Source: Gammaproteobacteria bacterium (GTDB lineage: Bacteria; Pseudomonadota; Gammaproteobacteria; Eutrophobiales; Eutrophobiaceae). From it: a stretch of DNA of 64,000 nt. The notes under the pieces are model-generated. The model worked only from the letters and a program-made list of their open reading frames with translations. It did not search any database and was not told where the DNA came from. Positions 58,736 through 64,000 of the stretch are shown here, in pieces. The position numbers were made by a program, and so were the translations under genes. The stretch is from contig OZ244905.1 in assembly GCA_965221695.1 (NCBI GenBank), forward strand, positions 704,001 through 768,000, in the 5' to 3' direction. Within the stretch, counting starts at the first letter, position 1. The number at the start of each line of letters is the position of its first letter.

Positions 58736-59383
58736 CTATTCCGGTACAATTTTATCAAACAATTCGAACTCTTCGTATGCAAAAAGGTTCAGCAGGCAGG
58801 GCAAAAATTGCTTAACCGCGTCACCGACCGTCAAATCCACGCCCTGGTCCGCCAGTTGGGTGACCTCCAGGCCGGGATAACCGCAGGGATTGATGCGCCG
58901 GAACGGGGACAAGTCCATGTTTATGTTCAGGGCCAGTCCGTGGTAGCAACATCCTTTCCTCACCCGCACACCCAGGGCCGCGATCTTGCTGTCGGTCAGG
59001 TACACACCCGGCATACGCGGACGGCGGCGCCCGTCCAGGTCGAACATTGCCAGGAAATCAATGACCGCCTGCTCCAGCAGGAAAACGTACTCTTTAATGG
59101 ACATTTCCAGTCGTTTCAGGTCGAGCAACGGGTAAATGACCAATTGGCCTTGGCCGTGGTAGGTCACCTGCCCGCCCCGGTCGGTTTTGTATACTGGAAT
59201 GACCCCTGGGTCCAACAGGTGCTCAACCTTGCCGGCCAGGCCGAGGGTAAATACCGGCTCGTGTTCCAGGCACCAGATTTCATCCTCGCTGTCCGGGCCG
59301 CGCCGGTCAGTCAATGCAACCATATCGTCATAAATGGCCTGGTATTTCTGCAGGCCGAATTGTCGGATTAAGACCTTGCTCAC
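58736..59383 (-). CDS. lipB: Lipoyl(octanoyl) transferase
   Basis: [38 protein letters not shown]. Confidence 0.97.
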   Translation of the reverse strand: MSKVLIRQFGLQKYQAIYDDMVALTDRRGPDSEDEIWCLEHEPVFTLGLAGKVEHLLDPGVIPVYKTDRGGQVTYHGQGQLVIYPLLDLKRLEMSIKEYVFLLEQAVIDFLAMFDLDGRRRPRMPGVYLTDSKIAALGVRVRKGCCYHGLALNINMDLSPFRRINPCGYPGLEVTQLADQGVDLTVGDAVKQFLPCLLNLFAYEEFELFDKIVPE

Positions 59384-59392
59384 TGATGTTTC

Positions 59393-59412
59393 ACATGGAT
59401 GGACAGGATATA
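59393..59412. repeat. Solo arm of the 26-bp repeat found at 51305/51445
   Basis: ACATGGATGGACAGGATATA (1 mismatch). Confidence 0.65.
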
Positions 59413-59508
59413 TTCAAAAAATGCTGTATGATAGCCATGGTGTCGGACATACCGTAATTTCAGTATAATCCAAGGCAGTCAGAAAACCTTATGTTATAGG
59501 AGACGCTC

Positions 59509-59889
59509 ATGAAGTTCTCAACTTTGTGGTTACCATTTATCCTGGTTATCGGCATTGCATTCATGCAGACCACGCTGGTCCGGGCCGATTCCGCATCCAC
59601 TGAGGTCATTGAAACCTGTCCCATGCCGGAAAAGCCTTCCATCCCGAACGGACTGAAGTCCAGCGAGGAAGAAATGCTGACCGCGCAACGGAGCATCAAG
59701 GACTATATTACCAGCGGCGAGGCCGTATTAACCTGCCTTGATGGACTCAAACAAAGCTGGGGAGAGACCGCCACTGAGGAACAATTGCAGATTAACAACC
59801 TGTTCCACAATAAAATGGTGGATGAAATGCAGTCAATTGGCGAACTTTTCAATTCGGCTGTCAGGGCGTACAAGGGCAGAAACCAGTAA
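59509..59889 (+). CDS. Secreted hypothetical helical protein
   Basis: AGGAG RBS, signal peptide, two Cys (CPMPEKP.IP.G...; LTCLD). Confidence 0.8.
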   Translation: MKFSTLWLPFILVIGIAFMQTTLVRADSASTEVIETCPMPEKPSIPNGLKSSEEEMLTAQRSIKDYITSGEAVLTCLDGLKQSWGETATEEQLQINNLFHNKMVDEMQSIGELFNSAVRAYKGRNQ

Positions 59890-59960
59890 ATTGTTGTCAA
59901 CCCGCGGCGCTCCCTAAACCCTCATAACCGGGCAAGCCGTGAGGTATTGTTTTATTTCGC

Positions 59961-60890
59961 ATGAAAGCGCTGGAAATTAATCGCCTGGAAAAAACCTACG
60001 GGAATGGTTTCCAAGCGCTGAAGGGAATCGACCTGGACGTGGATGAAGGTGATTTCTTCGCGTTGCTCGGTCCTAATGGCGCCGGTAAATCCACGACCAT
60101 CGGTATTATCACCTCGCTGGTTACCAAAACCGCGGGCAGCGTCAGAATCCTCGGGCTGGATATTGATACCCATGCCACCGAGAGCAAATCCCGGCTCGGC
60201 ATCGTCCCCCAGGAGGTCAACTTCTCGCTGTTCGAGACTTGCCTCAATATCCTGCTGAACCAGGCCGGGTATTATGGAATCGGCCGCAAACAAGCATACA
60301 AAAGGGCGGAGAAATACCTCAAACAACTGGGAATGTGGGAGCGGCGCAACCAAATCTCCCGTACCCTGTCCGGCGGGCTCAAACGCCGCCTGATGATAGC
60401 CAGGGCGCTGATCCATGAGCCGGAACTGTTATTGCTGGATGAACCGACTGCCGGAGTGGATGTGGAACTACGCCGTTCCACCTGGGATTTTCTGAAAGAG
60501 ATCAATCGCAACGGCACGACCATTGTCCTGACCACCCATTACCTGGAAGAGGCAGAGAGCCTGTGCCGGAACATTGCCATTATCGACAAGGGAGCGATCA
60601 TCGAATACGGCGATAAAAAAGACCTGCTGGCCCAATTGCATTCGGAGACGTTTATCCTGGACCTGGTCAGCCCCATCGAGAAATTGCCGGAAATGCCGTT
60701 CCTGGATATACGCCAGATCGACCCGATGACCCTGGAAGTAGTCATCAACAAGGAGCAGAACGCGAACGCCGTGTTCGAAATGCTGTCTGAACACTGGATT
60801 ATCGTGAGCAGCATGCGCAACAAGACCAATCGCCTGGAAGAGTTGTTTATCCGCTTACTCGACGACAACGGGCAGGAAAATGCCTCCTGA
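59961..60890 (+). CDS. ABC-2 transporter ATP-binding protein (YadG-like)
   Basis: GPNGAGKST, VPQE.NF, LSGG.KRR, LDEPTAGVD, SMRNK.NRLEELF. Confidence 0.93.
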   Translation: MKALEINRLEKTYGNGFQALKGIDLDVDEGDFFALLGPNGAGKSTTIGIITSLVTKTAGSVRILGLDIDTHATESKSRLGIVPQEVNFSLFETCLNILLNQAGYYGIGRKQAYKRAEKYLKQLGMWERRNQISRTLSGGLKRRLMIARALIHEPELLLLDEPTAGVDVELRRSTWDFLKEINRNGTTIVLTTHYLEEAESLCRNIAIIDKGAIIEYGDKKDLLAQLHSETFILDLVSPIEKLPEMPFLDIRQIDPMTLEVVINKEQNANAVFEMLSEHWIIVSSMRNKTNRLEELFIRLLDDNGQENAS

Positions 60891-61656
60891 TCGCCTTTTC
60901 ATTGCCTACAGGACGATCGTTTCCAAGGAGATCACCCGGTTCATGCGCATCTGGTCGCAAACCATCCTGCCCGCGGCGATCAGCATGGCGCTCTACTTCA
61001 TCATTTTCGGCAACCTGATCGGCCCTCGCATCGGCGTGATGGGCGGTTTTTCCTACATGGAGTTCATTGCCCCCGGGATCATTATGATGTCGATCATCAA
61101 CAACGCTTATTCCAATGTCTCCTCGTCTTTCTTCGGGGCGCGCTTTCAGCGCCACATTGAAGAGATGCTGGTCGCACCCATACCGTACTGGATAATCCTC
61201 GCGGGTTACATCTCCGGCGGGGTGCTCAGGGGCCTGATGGTAGGCATGATCGTAACGGTCATAGCGCTGTTTTTCATCGGTTTGCCTTCGGTTTACAGTC
61301 CTGTCATCGTCATCAGCACCGTGGTCCTGACCTCCGTCCTGTTCTCCCTGGGCGGTTTTCTCAACGGCATGTTTGCGAACAACTTCGATGACATCTCCAT
61401 CATTCCGACGTTCGTTCTGACCCCGCTGATATACCTGGGCGGCGTGTTCTATTCCATAGACCTGTTGCCGGACATCTGGCAATCAATCTCCCGGGCCAAC
61501 CCGATACTGTACATGGTAAACGCGTTCCGCTACGGCTTCCTGGGCGTCTCCGACATCAGCATCGAGGTCGCATTCATCATCATCCTGCTGTTTATCCTGA
61601 TCCTGTCGTCCCTGTCCCTTTACCTGTTACATCGGGGAGCGGGGATAAAGACCTAA
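60880..61656 (+). CDS. ABC-2 transporter permease (YadH-like)
   Basis: RF.RIW.QT..P, F..PG.IMMS.I.NAY.NV.SSFF, NPILYMVNAFRYGFLG.SD. Confidence 0.93.
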   Translation: MPPDRLFIAYRTIVSKEITRFMRIWSQTILPAAISMALYFIIFGNLIGPRIGVMGGFSYMEFIAPGIIMMSIINNAYSNVSSSFFGARFQRHIEEMLVAPIPYWIILAGYISGGVLRGLMVGMIVTVIALFFIGLPSVYSPVIVISTVVLTSVLFSLGGFLNGMFANNFDDISIIPTFVLTPLIYLGGVFYSIDLLPDIWQSISRANPILYMVNAFRYGFLGVSDISIEVAFIIILLFILILSSLSLYLLHRGAGIKT

Positions 61657-61920
61657 TTACAAATCCAGCACTAGCAAATCGCTTTTGGAACGGGAGCAGC
61701 ACAGGGTCATCTGGTTGTTGGCTGCCTTTTCCTCATCGGTTTGAAACATGTCATTGTGCTCCGGTTCCCCTTCCAGCACGCCCGTCAGGCAGGTGCCGCA
61801 GATGCCTTGTTCGCAGGATACTGGGATGATAATCCCATGTTCGCCCAGTGCATCGACGATCCTGACGCCGTCTTCAACGGTAATTACCTCACCACTGCTT
61901 GCGATTTTTACTTTAAACAT
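61657..61920 (-). CDS. Plant-type [2Fe-2S] ferredoxin (stand-alone, VanB C-terminal-like)
   Basis: SCEQGICGTC...CCSRSKS..LVLDL; ATG 61920 after a strong RBS. Confidence 0.9.
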   Translation of the reverse strand: MFKVKIASSGEVITVEDGVRIVDALGEHGIIIPVSCEQGICGTCLTGVLEGEPEHNDMFQTDEEKAANNQMTLCCSRSKSDLLVLDL

Positions 61921-61959
61921 TTCCTTATCTCCCAAGGCTTCGAATCAGTCACCGATTAA

Positions 61960-62307
61960 CTAACCACCCAAGTCAGCTTGGCTGCGTAGAACTCTTACAC
62001 AATAGTTGTTCAGACTCTCGTTTGCTTTCAAGGACTCAATCACGAGGCGTTGATGGAGTTCTGGTCCGACTCGCAGATTAAATTTGCCGGAATATTTTTT
62101 GCCTGCTACTGCCGGTGGCAATGGCGTATTGTCCAAATGGTGGATTTCAATCCATTCTTCGATTAGTTTGCTCAGTTCCTGATATACCTCAGTCTCATTT
62201 TGGCCATGGATTCCCCCGAGCGTCAGGCCAGGCGCCCTGCCAATATAGCACTGATCTTCTTCAGACCATTCTACAATTCTGAGATACCGATCAGCTTTTT
62301 TCATCAC
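61960..62307 (-). CDS. HicB-family antitoxin
   Basis: WSEED..Y.G..P.L...G and YSGKFNLRV..ELH..L......SLN ribbon-helix-helix. Confidence 0.88.
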   Translation of the reverse strand: MMKKADRYLRIVEWSEEDQCYIGRAPGLTLGGIHGQNETEVYQELSKLIEEWIEIHHLDNTPLPPAVAGKKYSGKFNLRVGPELHQRLVIESLKANESLNNYCVRVLRSQADLGG

Positions 62308-62494
62308 TAATCAATTGAAGTGCTTGTTTCACGTCTTTAACCTGATAATGCTTCGCATCATCACCTGTCTTGCCACTAATTGTAATATTCAATCCGACCG
62401 GGTGCCTGAAATTACGGTGGCTACCCTTCCCTCCTCGGTCAACAAAACCGTATCGTTTTAGTTCGTTGATCAAATCCCTAACTTTAGGAGGCAT
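62291..62494 (-). CDS. HicA-family toxin
   Basis: L...GF...GKGSH..F.HP motif, 67 aa. Confidence 0.88.
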   Translation of the reverse strand: MPPKVRDLINELKRYGFVDRGGKGSHRNFRHPVGLNITISGKTGDDAKHYQVKDVKQALQLISDEKS

Positions 62495-62500
62495 TGTGAC

Positions 62501-62528
62501 ATAGTACTATAACGGTACTATAAATCAA
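62501..62528 (-). promoter_or_regulatory. hicAB promoter/operator
   Basis: TTGATT-N16-TACTAT, then 6 nt to ATG; palindrome ATAGTAC-N7-GTACTAT (62501-62521). Confidence 0.6.
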
Positions 62529-62613
62529 GTATATAATCCCGGACCAAATACCATTTCGGGAATAACCACCTCCCACGCGTCGCACTTTGCGCGATCCTGG
62601 TATTGTGGTTCTG

Positions 62614-62753
62614 ACTGTTCGTGACACAACAACCAATGCCATGTTTCTCCAGGCCTGTTACCTGGTCGGACATCAGCGCCACCAGCGGAGAAATGGCCAC
62701 GGTAAGCGCGCCGGTTTTGTAACCTCAAGGTCCAGAGACAGGAAACAAGGCAT
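62614..62753 (-). pseudogene. Remnant of a RecQ-family helicase
   Basis: KTGALTVAISPLVALMSDQVTGLEKHGI matches RecQ motif Ia; nothing else of the helicase core is present. Confidence 0.65.
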
Positions 62754-62956
62754 AGCGCCTGGAGTTTTACCGGCTTGCTGTGGCATTTGCTGTGGCATAG
62801 CTTGTACAGCAAAGGAAATATCGATATTATTTATAATTGTTGTCAATATATCATCGCATAAGAATATAGCTTATTGATTTCATGGAATAAAGTAAACAGC
62901 ATGGTAGTTATACTGAAGAACCATAGGGTGGCCTGATTAAGTAAGAGGGGATTACA

Positions 62957-64000
62957 GTGTCAAAACCGTTTCTGAAAAATGCCTGGTATGCGGCGGCCTG
63001 GAGCTACGAGGTGAAAAAGGAATTGTTCGAACGTACCATCATCGGCGAATCGATCCTGTTCTATCGCAAAGAGAACAACGAGGCGGTGGCCATCAACAAC
63101 GCGTGCCCGCACCGCTATTCGCCGTTGCACCTCGGAACGCTGATCGGCGATGTGGTGGAATGCGCTTACCACGGATTGCGTTACGACAGCGGCGGGCGTT
63201 GCGTGCATAACCCCCACGGGGACGGCAAGATCCCGGAAAAGATGTGCACCCGGGCCTACCCGCTGGAAGAAACCCATAACATGTTATGGATCTGGATGGG
63301 CGACCCGTCGCTGGCCGATCCCGCAACGATTCCCGATTTCAGTTGCCATACCGACGCTGACTACCCGTCCGTCCAGGGTGTAATTGAAATGCACGGCAAC
63401 TACGAGCTGATCACCGATAACCTGATGGACCTGTCCCATGTCGAGTTCCTGCATAAAGGCATACTCGGCAGCGATGCGATTAAACGCGGGCAACACGAAC
63501 TGTTGCAGGACGGCACTACGGTGTGGTCCAACCGCTGGTGCCCGGACGGATTGGCGCCGCCGGCCTGGGACCACATGTTCAAGGACTACGGCAAGCCGGT
63601 TGACCACTGGTTATACATGCGCTGGGACGCGCCCAGCCACATGCTGCTGGACGTGGGCATCACCCCTACGGGCAGACCGCGCAGCGAAGGGATATGGATG
63701 TACGGCACGGACATTCTTACGCCTAAGAACCAGACCTCCACGTATTATTTCTGGGGCGTCGCCAGGGACCACGACAAGAACAGCGCGGAGATGGACAAAA
63801 TCTGGACCACGGCCGTCGAGACAGCCTTCGGCACTCAGGACAAACCCATGATCGAAGCCCAGCAAGGCATGCTGGAAAATCTGGACGTCATCGATCTCGA
63901 CGAAGTTGACCCGGTGTTGCTGCCCATGGACAGCGCCACGGTGCGCTGCCGGCGCGTGCTGGACCAACTGCGCCGTCAGGATGGCATCAAGCTTCCCGAC
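62957..64000 (+). CDS. Rieske O-demethylase oxygenase subunit (VanA/DdmC-like), runs off the window end
   Basis: GAGGGG RBS and GTG start; FLKNAWY, CPHR...CAYHG, DNLMDLSH..FLH, RWDAPS, D.PMIEAQQ. Absent from the ORF track because no stop lies in the window. Confidence 0.92.
   Translation, partial: MSKPFLKNAWYAAAWSYEVKKELFERTIIGESILFYRKENNEAVAINNACPHRYSPLHLGTLIGDVVECAYHGLRYDSGGRCVHNPHGDGKIPEKMCTRAYPLEETHNMLWIWMGDPSLADPATIPDFSCHTDADYPSVQGVIEMHGNYELITDNLMDLSHVEFLHKGILGSDAIKRGQHELLQDGTTVWSNRWCPDGLAPPAWDHMFKDYGKPVDHWLYMRWDAPSHMLLDVGITPTGRPRSEGIWMYGTDILTPKNQTSTYYFWGVARDHDKNSAEMDKIWTTAVETAFGTQDKPMIEAQQGMLENLDVIDLDEVDPVLLPMDSATVRCRRVLDQLRRQDGIKLPD

Noticed and set aside
62775-62798. TTGCTGTGGCAT direct repeat as a sigma54 promoter or att site
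   Set aside because: Lacks the GG-N10-GC spacing, and no second att copy or integrase is visible.

Overview
Gene-dense window that looks gammaproteobacterial (guaA-guaB/xseA, lipB-lipA, yadGH). No tRNA, rRNA, CRISPR array or intact transposase/integrase was recognised. Left part (1-21.3 kb): a NicX-like ring-cleavage dioxygenase with a three-subunit molybdenum hydroxylase and MoaD, a PQQ-type dehydrogenase, two TonB-dependent receptors, a penicillin-acylase-family amidase and a GcvT/Rieske/Na+ symporter/AraC N-demethylation module. The main finding is a visibly AT-richer ~25 kb catabolic island (21.3-46.8 kb, ~26 genes). Seven of its promoter regions carry one 19-bp operator (TGTTAAT-N5-NNTA(A)CA), probably read by its Cys-less Rrf2 regulator. 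Its enzymes are unusually non-canonical: an IolD-like ThDP enzyme, a split ADP-forming CoA ligase, an acyl-CoA dehydrogenase without either catalytic Glu, four SDRs without the catalytic Tyr, a thiolase/DUF35 pair, two SnoaL and two muconolactone-isomerase-like proteins. This suggests an uncharacterised degradation pathway; the substrate cannot be read from sequence. A family of 27-30 bp TAA/TTA-flanked palindromes (MITE-like, with two longer relatives) punctuates the island. The right part is housekeeping DNA interrupted by small islets (tandem-domain protein, DEDDh-BRCT exonuclease, two toxin-antitoxin pairs, gene remnants) and ends in a truncated DdmC/VanA-like Rieske oxygenase. All family calls come from motif recognition, not database searches.
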